Assembly (NCBI GenBank): GCA_000004695.1
Contig: CM000150.2
Coordinates: 1,024,001 to 1,088,000, forward strand
DNA length: 64,000 bases
Direction of reading: 5' to 3'
Source: Dictyostelium discoideum
Lineage: Eukaryota
Below, one piece after another: positions 53,141 through 64,000 of the stretch. Made by a program: the position numbers and the translations under genes. A model generated the notes under the pieces. That model was not told the DNA's origin. It did not search any database and saw only the letters and a program-made list of their open reading frames with translations. Every line of letters starts with the position of its first letter. Positions within the stretch are counted from its first letter, which is position 1.

Positions 53141-56100
53141 TTATTTAAATTTTGAAATTTTAGAAGGTTGATTAGAAGTTGGTGTATCTTTTCTTTTTTT
53201 TGAAGCATTATCAGGTGATTTAATTGAAGAATTTGATTTAACTTGGAATGGAATTTTCTTTGTTTTTGGTGATTTGACAATATTTGAAGTAGAAGTTGAT
53301 TTTGGTGGTGGTGATTCTTCAGCACCACCAGTTGAGAAAATGTCACTATCAAAAGTATTATTTAAAACTCTTTGTGGTGTTGTTGTTGTTGTGGTTGTTG
53401 TTTTTGGTGTTGGTGTTGATTTTGGTGGTGAATCAATTTGAACAGTTGGTGAAGTTGTAGTTGTGGTGGTGGTGGTTTGTGATGAATTTTGAGATGATGA
53501 TAATGATGATGATAATGATGATGAAATTTGAGAAGAAGATGAAGAAATAATTTGAGGATTTAAATTTAAAGGTTTAAAATTTTCAATAAATTCAACGATT
53601 TTCTTTGATAACCAAGATAAACCCATTTTATTTGATAAAGCAAATACAATTGATAAAGATTTCTTTAAATGTAATAGACCACATAAATCCATACATTTTT
53701 TATAATGACCTTGTTGAGCGTAAAAATCGAATAATCTAATGATTGTTGAATCGATTTCAGCGATTTGTTTAGTGGCAACTGATTCTTCAAAAGTATTTGA
53801 AGCTATACTATAATTTAAATAACTACTTAATTGGAATTTACTCTTTACAAATTCTCTTTCATTCGAGATTGATGAAGGACCACCATTATTGGTAAGTAAT
53901 GGTAATTCAATTTTTACATAATTATGAGTTTGTTGTTTAATTAAAGGGTATTCACAACAAAATATTGAATAAATATCCTTTTTACCTAAACCAATTACCC
54001 AATAGGTGTAAAGTTCTTGTGAATGTGGTTTATCGCATTTAGTGAGATCTGTGATTGGTATCCATTGTAAGAAAGTTGTAGAGGTTGAAGCTGTTGTCGG
54101 TGTGGTACTTGTCATATCTGAAACCGACTGAATCCAACCATTTGATAATTGACGAATCATACCACCAGTATCCATTGATGTTAATAAACCTTCATCAGAG
54201 AAACCAATCCAAGAAAGCTTTGAAAATGGTGACAATGGTAGGGTATCATGATAGAATTGTTTACCATTGACTAAATTAATCCACCAAACGTTCATATATT
54301 GAGTACCATTACGACCAGATATTGATTTATGATAAACGATTGCCAATTGATCGGCATGAGTATTCATTGTAACTAAATCACCTGGTAAACTAAATAAATT
54401 CAATTGAATACCACCCAAACTAAAGATACGTACAATACCATTCTCTGAGCAACTGATGATATAATTCTTTGATACTGCAACACCAGAGATACCATCCTTA
54501 TCTATATAGCTCCAATCACCAGTACCATTATTCGAATCAAATGATTTAAAAGTTAATGTTGATTTTGGTTTGGTAGCATATTGTTGTTGTAACTCTAATT
54601 GTCTTTGTGATGGACCACCACTACCACTACTACCACCACCCAATGATGAACTTAATGAAGTACCATTAGCAATTGCTTCTTCTTCTTCCAACCTTTTCAA
54701 CATTATCTCTTCTTGTTTCTCTTGATACTCATCCAATTCCTCTTGATTGAATTTGGTTGCAAAGATTGCACCACAACTATTTAATGATGCTATTCTTAAA
54801 CATTGATTTGGATCAGGGAATACCACTTTCTTATGAAAACTAGTATCATGAAAATCGATTTCAATTGAAGAAGTTTCACCATTACCTTTTGTCTCTTCTC
54901 TCTTTATAATTTTACCCAACATATTATAAGCCAAATAATATCTCTTTGTCTTTAATCTTCTTGTCTTTGGATTATTATTTACAAATTGATAAGTTGAACC
55001 AATTTGAAATGATTCTTGATTATAATCATTAAATTCATCATTACCATTTGATCTTACACTAATATTATCTTGATGATCATCCATTTCATTATAATCATTA
55101 TCTACTTTACTTTTATCATTTAAATTTATACCATTTCTTTGTAATATTTTTGGTTTTTTAATTTTATCACCATCATCATCATCATCATTATTATTATCAT
55201 TATCATCTCCTTCTTCTTGTTGTTCCTCATTCTTCTTTTTATTATTATCATTTTCATCAAAACTGAAATCATCATCATTAAAATCAAAACTTGGTTCATC
55301 ATCTTCTAATGATAGTTTTGTATCAATATCATCACCATCTGATCCAACAAAATTTGAATATTGATATAAATTACCTTTACTATCAAACTAAAAATAATTA
55401 TTATTATTATTATTAAAAAATTAGTAAATGAAATATAATGTATCATTTAATTAATTTATACATACAAATGAAATTGAATTTGAAGAATATGGTGACCAAG
55501 AGAATGAGATGATTGGACAATGATGTTTATAACGAACAATTGGTTCAGTTGGTAAAGTTGAGTCAGATAAATCATCAACACCACAATCCCAAATTAAAAG
55601 ATAACAATCCAATGAAGTTGATGCTAAATATTCACCACCAGATGACCATTGTACATTTGTAACCTCTTTAATATGACCATCAGAGTCATCAAAAATATAA
55701 GATTTCCATTTATTTTGAAAATCTTTTGAATTGAATTGTAATGTTTTAATTGTATTTGAAGAGTATGTTGGAATTGTTAATTCGAATCTATTACTACTAT
55801 CAGAAGTACCACGTTTAGATAATGGTGATGGACGCCATGAAATACCAATTTTCTTTAAAGTTTCTTTTGTACAATCTAATGTTATTGTATGTATTGGTGA
55901 TGGTTCTTCACCCCATAATTCAAATTTACCAGATTCCCAAATCTTTAATTTTGAATCTTCACCAATACTTGCTAAATAATTACCATCATTACTATATTGT
56001 AATGTTATAACTTCACCTTTATGTGCATCTTTAATTAAATGATGTTCTCTAACATTTGTCATTGAAATTGATTTAATATTATTACTATATATATATATAT

Positions 56101-56667
56101 ATATATTTTATAATAATTAGTATTATATATATTTATATTATTATTATTTATTATATGTACATACAGTGAACCAACAGCTAAAAATGATTGAGTTGGATTA
56201 AATTTTATACAATTTGGAGTTGAAGGAACTGAAATTGTTTGAACATCTACATTACCATTATTACTAGTTGAAAATATATTAATTGTATTATCTTCACATG
56301 AACTTGCACATTTATGATAAACACCCAAATCAATGGATGTAACAATTTTACTACCATCACCATGTGTATTTAATAATATATTTTTATCTTCATTTTGATA
56401 ATAAATTTGATTACTCTTTGGATAACAAAATAATAATTTATTACTTTTGAGAGAAATGAAAAAAAAAAAAAAAAAAAAAAAAAATCAATAAAATGAAAAT
56501 ATTGTTATATTGTATAATATATGGATAGAGAGATGGAATACATACATTTCAGGATGATATTTTAATAAACCTTGGTTTTTATTATTATTACCACTATCAA
56601 TAATTTTAAGATCTGTTGGTTTTGCCTTTATTATTGGTTCTGATTTTTTTTGTTTTTTAACAACCAT
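53141..56667 (-). CDS. WD40-repeat protein with a C-terminal beta-propeller/helical region, a possible Ctf4/AND-1 (WDHD1) homolog, about 1080 aa in four exons: 56667..56542, 56415..56165, 56084..55466, 55387..53141.
   Basis: The donors are GTATTC, GTATGT, GTATGT and the acceptors are ccaaag, tatatag, tttttag, with consistent phases. The total length is divisible by 3. The N-terminal WD40 repeats include HKGEVITLQYSNDGNYLASIGEDSKLKIWE and GGEYLASTSLDCYLLIWD. An acidic linker follows. The large C-terminal domain (ISGVAVSKNYIISCSENGIVRIFSLGGIQ...) and a basic Ser/Thr-rich tail resemble the Ctf4 SepB module. Track 'M's at 56328 and 56062 are internal. Confidence 0.45.
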
Positions 56668-56808
56668 TTTTATTAAAGTAATAATAGTATTTTACAATAT
56701 ATATTTTATATTATTATTATTATTATTACTATTATTATCTATTTAAACAATGAATAAAATGAAATATATAAAAAAAAAAAAAAATTTAAAAATAAAAAAA
56801 AAAATAAA

Positions 56809-56846
<38 letters not shown>

Positions 56847-56925
56847 GCCAAAACGTTAAAACTAACTGATTTTTTTTTTTGGGTTTTTATAAAAATAACT
56901 TTATTCTTTTTTTTTTTTTTTTTTT

Positions 56926-58242
56926 CTAAATATTTAGAGAACCCAAATTGACTACAGAGTCGTCAACGATTGAATTTCTATCAATATGGTGAACTTCTCT
57001 CTTTGGTTTTGTATTTTGTTGTTGTTTTAAATTTTTTCTTTGTTTATTACTTAAATGTGCATTACTTTCATCTTGATTTTCTTTTTTCTCTTCATTCTCT
57101 TTCTTTTTAATACCTTTATATGGATTTCTTGAAGCTTTTTCATTGTTATTATTATTATTACTTGTAGTAGTGGTGGTAGTTGTAGTGGTAGTTGTTGTCG
57201 TAGTGGTAGTATTTATATTATCATCTTTATTTTCATCAATTTCATTTTCATCAGTAGTAGTTACACTACTATTATCATCAAAATTATTACTACTGCTATT
57301 TTCAACAACTGAATCATCTTTACTTAATGATAAAGCAAGTAAATATTCAACAGCTGCTTCTATATTATAATTACAATCGATTAATGCTTCTTTTATATTT
57401 TTTACACTCGTTTCACCTGTTAATGTCATAATTTCATAAACTGAATCGTCTATAAAATTTCCACTATTACCACCACTATTATTATAATCAAATGAACTAC
57501 TACCATTATTATTATTATAATCAAATGAACCACCACCATTATTTTTACCATTATTTTTACCATTATTATTATTCTTACCACCCTTTGAAGAAGGTTGAAA
57601 AGTTTGTTTATTATCAAAATTTGGAACTGGTGAAGAACTGGTTGATTTTGTTGGATATAATGATTGATTTGCAGGTCTTACAGAATTATAATGTTCATCA
57701 TTATGATATGATAAATGAATAGTTTTGTTTTTTTCAGGTGGGAAATGGTTGACGATTTCCCATCTTGGTTGGTCCATTTGATGTATAGTAATATTTACAT
57801 TGTAAGCCAATGATGCTGCTTGAATTTCAACATGACCACCCCATGTTGCATCTTCTCTCATCTCTTGAATGTACTCTTCGAATGATTCAAATTCTTCGTC
57901 ATCAATGAATGGTGCAAACATGTCTTTATTCTTTTCAATGTATTTACAAATTGCTTCACGATATTTCCTATGTTCATTGGGTGCATCTTGTAATTGATCT
58001 GCAATTGATCTAAATAAACAATTACCATCGCCTGCAACATCTTTAATTATAAATCCAAATGGTTCCAATTGTTGTTGAAATTTAACTATACCTCTTTTCC
58101 ATGATTCATCACCATGTTTTAATCTCTCTTTTCTTTTTCTTAATGATGCTTTAACTTGTCTATCTAATTTTTTATTATTACTATTATTATTATTATTATT
58201 ATTATTGCTACCTCTTTTATTATTATTATTTCCCTTTACCAT
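56926..58242 (-). CDS. OTU-domain deubiquitinase with a UBA-like region (OTUD3-like), 438 aa.
   Basis: GFIIKDVAGDGNCLFRSIADQL carries the OTU catalytic Cys motif (D-G-N-C-L-F-R). ATWGGHVEIQAASLAYNVNITIH followed by IHLSYHNDEHYNSV is the His box. A UBA-like segment is VYEIMTLTGETSVKNIKEALIDCNYNIEAAVEYLL. Confidence 0.7.
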   Translation of the reverse strand: MVKGNNNNKRGSNNNNNNNNSNNKKLDRQVKASLRKRKERLKHGDESWKRGIVKFQQQLEPFGFIIKDVAGDGNCLFRSIADQLQDAPNEHRKYREAICKYIEKNKDMFAPFIDDEEFESFEEYIQEMREDATWGGHVEIQAASLAYNVNITIHQMDQPRWEIVNHFPPEKNKTIHLSYHNDEHYNSVRPANQSLYPTKSTSSSPVPNFDNKQTFQPSSKGGKNNNNGKNNGKNNGGGSFDYNNNNGSSSFDYNNSGGNSGNFIDDSVYEIMTLTGETSVKNIKEALIDCNYNIEAAVEYLLALSLSKDDSVVENSSSNNFDDNSSVTTTDENEIDENKDDNINTTTTTTTTTTTTTTTTSNNNNNNEKASRNPYKGIKKKENEEKKENQDESNAHLSNKQRKNLKQQQNTKPKREVHHIDRNSIVDDSVVNLGSLNI

Positions 58243-59268
58243 TTTTAAAAAATGATTTTAATTATTAATTATTATTATTATTATTTCTTAAAAGATGGAA
58301 TAAATTTATTTGCTTTACAATTGTATATTTGCAAATATATTAAAAAAAAAAAAATTGAAAAAAAAAAAAAAAAAAAAAAAAAATTATTATTTTATTTTTT
58401 TTTTAATTTCCATATTTTCCCCAATTGGTTCTAAATTTAATTTTAAGAATTTTAAGGGAAATAAGAATAAAAAAATAAAATTTATAATTTTATTTATTTA
58501 TATAAAAAAATTGATTCTAAATTAAAAAATACTCATTGGATGGAATTTTTTAATTATTTTATTTTTTTTCATTATTAAAAAAATTTCAAATTGATTATTA
58601 ATTTTTTCTTATAATTATTTTTGATTTTTTTTTCTTTATTATTTGAAGTTATTTTAAAATTTTTTTGTTTGGAATTTCTATGTTTTTGATGTGGTTTTGT
58701 ATCTTTTTTTTTTTTTTTTAAAAAAATTATATTTTATATTCTCAAAATTTAAGAATTTCATTATAGTAGTTAATCTCCACCTGGATTTACTCAACCAATC
58801 ATCCAGAGAAGTCTCAAATTATCTCATTACCACTCCCAACATTTTCAAAAGAAAATACTCAACCAAGTGGTGCTCCTCCATTTCAAGTTGAAATGATACC
58901 TAGTGGTTACTGATAATAGTCCAAATTAGATTTTTTTTTTTTTTTTTTTTTTAAAAATAAATAATAAAAAATATTATAATTTTCTTTTTTTATTTAGTAA
59001 TATTTAAAGGAAAAAAAAAAAAAAAAAAAAAAAAAAAGATATAAAAAATTAATAATCTCATAAAAAAGTAAAAATAAAAAAAAAATAAAAAATAAAATAT
59101 CTAATTTTCTCTTTGCCAAAAAATAAAAAAAAATAAAAAAAAAAAAAAAATTTAAAAATTTATTTAATTTTAATTAAAATTTAAAACCCTTATTTTCATT
59201 TTTTATTTTTTATTTTTTTTTTTATTTTTTAATTTTTTTATTTTATATAAAACCAAAACTTAATAATA

Positions 59269-59568
59269 ATGTCATCCACTCAACAAGTTAATGTATTAGC
59301 AATTGCAAGTTGTAAACCAGAATTTACTCAAGAATTTATTGAATTCTTTAAAACAATTGTTAAAGAATCAAGAAAAGAAAAAGGTATGATTAAATATGAC
59401 TTGAACCAAGATAGTGTAAATCCAAATGTATTTTATGTATGTGAAGAGTATAAATCAATGGCAGATTTTGAATTTCATAAAACTACACCACATTTCTTAT
59501 CAATGGTAAAATATGTTGAAGGAAAAGTTGAAAGTCTAGAAATTAAATTAATGAAACCAATAGAATAA
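59269..59568 (+). CDS. ABM-fold (antibiotic biosynthesis monooxygenase / Dabb-like) small protein, 99 aa.
   Basis: VNVLAIASCKPEFTQEFIEFFKTIVKESRKEKGMIKYDLNQDSVNPNVFYVCEEYKSMADFEFHKTTPHF has the ABM pattern (..E.G...Y.......P..F...E.Y....A...H..). Confidence 0.5.
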   Translation: MSSTQQVNVLAIASCKPEFTQEFIEFFKTIVKESRKEKGMIKYDLNQDSVNPNVFYVCEEYKSMADFEFHKTTPHFLSMVKYVEGKVESLEIKLMKPIE

Positions 59569-60165
59569 ACAATAAACCCCTTTTTTTCCTTTTTTAATAA
59601 AAATTTTTATTATTACTTTTATTTATTTTTTTATTAATTTTTTATTTATTTTATTTTTTATTTTTTTTCTTTTAATAAAATATTATTATTAAAATGCTTC
59701 TGGAACCTTTTGATCTTTATTTGGTAATATTACAACATCAATCACCATATATATTTTTATATTGAACACCAATTATTTAAGATGGAAAAAAAAAAAAAAT
59801 AAAAAAAATAAAAAAAATAAAAAATAAATGGGTGGAAAATTTTTTAAATGTGGTTATTTCCTTACACTTAATTTAAATTATTTCCAAATAAAGTTTAAAA
59901 AAATTACGTGGTTTAAAAAAATTTAAATAGGGTAGTTAAATATCATATAATTTTTATGTATGTTATATAATTTTTATTTATTTTTTTTTTTTTTTTTATT
60001 TTTTTTTTTTTAAAATTTATTATAAAATAACTTCATTTTTTTAATTTATCAATAACTTATTAATTTATTAATTTATTTATTTATTTATTTACATGTATTT
60101 TTATATTTTAATAATTTTATAATTTTATAATTTTTAATTAAAAAAAAAAAAAAAAAAAAAAAGAA

Positions 60166-61446
60166 ATGAAAAAAATGAAAATTTTATCATTTTTTATATT
60201 AAGTTTAGCAATTATAATTGGAATTGTTTATTCAAGACAATGTGACGATAAATGTAAACAAGATTATCCATATTCAAGTTGTAATGGTAATTTAAATTTA
60301 TATCGTGGTTTAGGGTATGATGGTAATGGGAATGTAATTTTTAGTGGTAAATATAATAGTAGTCAAGGTAGTGGTGGATTTGGGTTACCATCTATTTTTT
60401 CAGTTCCATCAAGTGGTGGTTGTCAATTAAGTAAAAGATTTGATATACAAGGTGAGATATTGGATGGACCTGGTTATACAGCATTAGATTATTTTTATAA
60501 ATATTTACCACAATTGGATAGATATTATGTAAGATTCAATCAAAGGGGTAGTCCGATATTCTCAATCTATAATCAAACTTCAAATGAAATTAAGGCAGTT
60601 TTCAATATCTTCAATACACCATTCGTCCCTGCCTTCAGCCAAAATGAGAGTGCCCCATTCTTTGTCTATGGTGGCTATGGAATCTACGGGCTAGCCAAGT
60701 ATCCAACTGATAGAAGTGATGCTCAACAAGCTAAATTAATATACCAATCACAAATTGTGAATGGGTTGGAGATTGATGGCGACCAATTGTATATGACAAC
60801 TTACCAAGGCCAATTTTTGAAAGGTTCGCTCAACTGCTTAAATTGCACCAAAGATCAATTACAATTACTAGTGACCGATAGTGAATTGGCATCTGCGACA
60901 AGTGTTAGTGGGTTCGCTTTGACAAGTGATTATATGTACTTCTCGTATAGTGGTGGAATTAAGGGTTATCCAAAGAATGGTGATGCCAGTAGAGTTAGGA
61001 AATTAGTTAGTGAGAATGTTGTTGCAATGATTTCAAATGGTGATTTCTTATATTACCAAACTGATTCTGGTGTAGTTAAAAGTGTTTCAACCAGTGGTAA
61101 CCATCCTCAAGTTAATATTCTATATACTCCAGTCAGTGATAACCAATGTCAATGCTCCGTTGGTTTTAGTGGTGATGATTGTAGACAATGTGATAATGGT
61201 ATGGTATTGTGGGCTAGTGACAATGGAATACCAATGTGTTCACCATTAAATTCATTGGGTAAACCAAAAACCTGTTATGCTGCTTATCAATGTGGTTCTT
61301 CACCATTCATAATTTGTAATGGTACTTGTACTTGTTTACCTGGTTTCAGTGGAAATGATTGCACTCTATGTGGAAATGGTGGTGAAGTTATTTGGGAAAA
61401 TGGTTATCCAACATGTGTTATCCAAATTAAAAAAATAATTACTTAG
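60166..61446 (+). CDS. Secreted Cys-rich protein with C-terminal EGF-like repeats, 426 aa, a paralog of the gene at 29842..31149.
   Basis: A signal peptide MKKMKILSFFILSLAIIIGIVYS is present. The C-terminal repeats are CQCSVGFSGDDCRQCDNGMVLWASDNGIPMCS and CTCLPGFSGNDCTLCGNGGEVIWENGYPTCV, the same spacing as ...CNQCVNGTVQWENGNPTCV in the paralog. Confidence 0.6.
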   Translation: MKKMKILSFFILSLAIIIGIVYSRQCDDKCKQDYPYSSCNGNLNLYRGLGYDGNGNVIFSGKYNSSQGSGGFGLPSIFSVPSSGGCQLSKRFDIQGEILDGPGYTALDYFYKYLPQLDRYYVRFNQRGSPIFSIYNQTSNEIKAVFNIFNTPFVPAFSQNESAPFFVYGGYGIYGLAKYPTDRSDAQQAKLIYQSQIVNGLEIDGDQLYMTTYQGQFLKGSLNCLNCTKDQLQLLVTDSELASATSVSGFALTSDYMYFSYSGGIKGYPKNGDASRVRKLVSENVVAMISNGDFLYYQTDSGVVKSVSTSGNHPQVNILYTPVSDNQCQCSVGFSGDDCRQCDNGMVLWASDNGIPMCSPLNSLGKPKTCYAAYQCGSSPFIICNGTCTCLPGFSGNDCTLCGNGGEVIWENGYPTCVIQIKKIIT

Positions 61447-61917
61447 ATTAAATAAAAATAAAAATCAATCAATAATTTTTTAAAAAAAAAAAAAAAAAAA
61501 AAGATTGGGTGTAAAATGCATATGCAAATATTATTTCTTTTTTTTTTTTTTATTTTATTTTATTTTTTATTTTATTTTTTTTTTCTCAAAATTGGTTCGA
61601 ATATTAGAGATGATATTCCAACCAAGCGAAAATTTCGGTTTTATTTGAAATCAAATTATTTTTTTTTTTTTTTTTTTTTTTTGTGATGTCATTAATAAAA
61701 AGCCTGTATCCAAAAATTTTTTTTTTTAATTTTTTTAATTTTTTTTTTTTTTTTTAAAATTAAAAAATATCGTGCTCAAAATCTTTTTTTTTTTTTTTTT
61801 TTCATTTTTTCTCTTATTAACCCTTTTTTTTTATTTATAAAATATATTTTTATATACTCCTTTCATGTATTAAAGTAATAAAATTATATATTTAATAAAT
61901 TAAATTTTTAAAAAAAA

Positions 61918-62001
61918 ATGGATGGAGTACAAGGAAAATTATTTGTGACTGGTAAGTAAAATAAATAAACTTTTTAAATTATTTATAGTTATCCCTCAGT
62001 A

Positions 62002-62035
<34 letters not shown>

Positions 62036-64000
62036 CTTCTTTTCATTCGAATATGAAATAATAATAATAAAGATTTTTTAATACTAAAATTAATATATTT
62101 TTTTATTTTTTTATTTTTTTTTTATTTTTTTTATTTTTTTTATTTTTTTTTTAAAAAAAAAAAAAAGTTATTCAAGCACAAAATTTGAATATTACTCAAG
62201 ATAAAAAATCAGCAGCAGAAGAAATTGTAGGTGCAATATTTGATCCATTTTCATCACCAATTCTTCAATCAATTGAAAAGATTCAAAATTTTTCAAAATC
62301 AAATGTGTTACCAATTTTTACACCAATTAGTGGTATTATAGATACAATTGCAACGGTTGGTAAAGATACGACAACAACAGCAGTAGCAGAGAAAGGACCA
62401 GAGATTCCATCAGAAAATCAAACAGCAGAGAGTACAGGTATAGTTTGTACAGTTACAACTGAAGAACAAAAATTTAAAACAGTAACTTCACCAGATGTAA
62501 CCGAACCAAAATGGAGTAATCAATCACATTCTTTTAATATCGCACATCCATGTGCAGAATTAACATTTGAAGTATCATTAAACAATGGTGAAAAAGAATC
62601 ATTTTTAATAGGTGGTGCAGTTATTAACCTTTTAGATGAACCACATCTTTGGGAACAAAAACCATTTGCAAAATGGATTAATTTAACAAAAAAACATAAA
62701 AATTCAAAAGATAATAATAATAATAATAATGATCCAAATAGTAATACAGCTGAAGATGGTGGTGGTGAAAATAATTCAATAATTGGTAATGAATATGATC
62801 AATTTTCAGATGAAGATGAAATTGTTGGTAGAATTGAAGTTCAATTTCAATATAAATATCGTAGAATTTGGGATTCAATTTATTGTGGTAAAATATTATT
62901 ATTAGAGGGTAAATATCAAGAAGCGTTGGAACAGTTTAAAGAGGCAATTAAAATCTATCCAACTGATCCATTCATTTATTCATTGATGGTTGATTGTTGT
63001 TTAGGTTTGAAACGTTTAGGATCTGCTATTGAAAATAATGTTAATTTCATAAAGTATGATAAGGGTTTTGAGGGTTTAATAAAGATGGCACAAATTTTGA
63101 TGGAAGCTAATCAATTGGAAAAAGTTCAACCATTGATTGATAGGGCTTTTAAAAAGTCACCAAATAATGAGCGTATTAAATATGTACAACTTCAATATGA
63201 TCATACGGTTGAGGTTGATAAAGTGAATAAAGCAATTGAGCAAGGTTTTGAAGAGTTCTCAAAAGATGATTTTGCATCTGCCGCTGCAAGTTTCTCAAGA
63301 GCGTTAGAGTATAATTCAAACAGTGTTATACTTTATGAGCTTAGAGCACTCTCACATTTGTCAGCTAGAAATCAAATTATGGCAAGTGCTGACATTGATA
63401 AGATATTGGAGATCGATCATAATTGGTCAAAAACCGATCCAATTCAAAGTGGCCATCTTTTAAAGGATGGTCAAATCAATGTAATGTCAAAGAAACGTTG
63501 GTTCACTATTAAATCCTATTTCTTATTTTGGTATTTAGAACAGAGTGATCTCTCACCTCAGGGTATGGTTTGTTTAATTGATTTCGGGTGTGCTCCAAAA
63601 CCTGGTCAAAAGGTGAAATTTCAATTACAAACCAAGGATCGTACATTCAATTTCAAAGTGGTAGATGATCCAAAGGCTTACGATAAATGGATCATTAGTT
63701 TAGGTAAAATGGCCAAGGTTAATAAAATCACACTTCCACTCATTGATTCGGTTAAATCACAAATCGTTTGGAAGAATGTTTTCAATAAGAAAGAGAAAAC
63801 CACCTTTATGTTACCAGATGTTATGTTATTGCCTGAACAAATCTTTGTTGAATCTGGTCGTTTCGCATTCGCAATTGGTGATAAAATTAAATCAAAACTC
63901 ACTTCCATTAGTTTACAAGATGCTACAATGACTGGTTTCCTCTATAAAATGGGTCAATTAAATAAAGAATGGAAAAAGAGATTCTTTTTCATTCAAGGTA
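61918..64000 (+). CDS. C2-domain, TPR-like and tandem PH-domain protein, 5'-partial model. Exon 1 is 61918..61951, exon 2 is 62168 to beyond the window end.
   Basis: Exon 1 encodes MDGVQGKLFVT-G with donor GTAAGT. The acceptor is aaaaag. Splicing gives KLFVTVIQAQNLNITQD...KFKTVTSPDVTEPKWSNQSHSF...LTFEVSLNNGEKESFLIGGAVINL, which is C2-like. TPR-like helices follow (LLLEGKYQEALEQFKEAIKIYPTDPFIY...). Two PH-like segments are GHLLKDG...KKRWFTIKSYFLFWY and GFLYKMGQLNKEWKKRFFFIQG. The frame stays open to position 64000. Confidence 0.5.

Overview
This window is AT-rich (about 75-80% A+T) eukaryotic nuclear DNA. Long poly-Asn and poly-Gln coding microsatellites, short AT-rich introns with GTAAGT...AG boundaries, and homopolymer-rich intergenic DNA fit a Dictyostelium-type social amoeba genome. 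The supplied ORF track accepts TTG and GTG as starts, so several of its 'M' residues are internal Leu or Val of spliced exons. I found about 21 protein-coding genes and no rRNA, tRNA or CRISPR features. The most interesting content is a cluster of six paralogous genes encoding an N-terminal SAP-like helix-turn-helix motif, a conserved roughly 120-aa central domain, and a C-terminal SUMO-like domain (RFLY.G..I....TP.DL.M.DGD.I.V) that lacks a Gly-Gly tail. Five copies sit between positions 5261 and 23918 on the minus strand and one at 47888-50531 on the plus strand. One member carries two tandem SUMO-like domains, which is the Rad60/Esc2/NIP45 architecture. Another looks frameshifted and truncated. 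The second highlight is a giant (more than 3400 aa) Nup153-like FG nucleoporin on the minus strand at 32562-43306+. It has six RanBP2-type zinc-finger plus FG cassettes that are nearly identical at the DNA level, and unannotated 5' exons. Other genes: an Amt/MEP ammonium transporter in three exons, where exon 1 is missing from the ORF track; an ALG12-like GT22 mannosyltransferase with a poly-Asn loop of about 75 residues; a GNAT acetyltransferase; an OTU deubiquitinase with a UBA-like region; a four-exon Ctf4/AND-1-like WD40 protein; a tandem pair of GOLGA7/Erf4-like membrane proteins; two paralogous secreted EGF-like Cys-rich proteins; an ABM-fold protein; a small putative GPI-type secreted protein; a partial C2-TPR-PH-PH protein running off the 3' end; and two hypotheticals. 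Splice-junction coordinates were worked out by eye and may be off by 1-2 nt.
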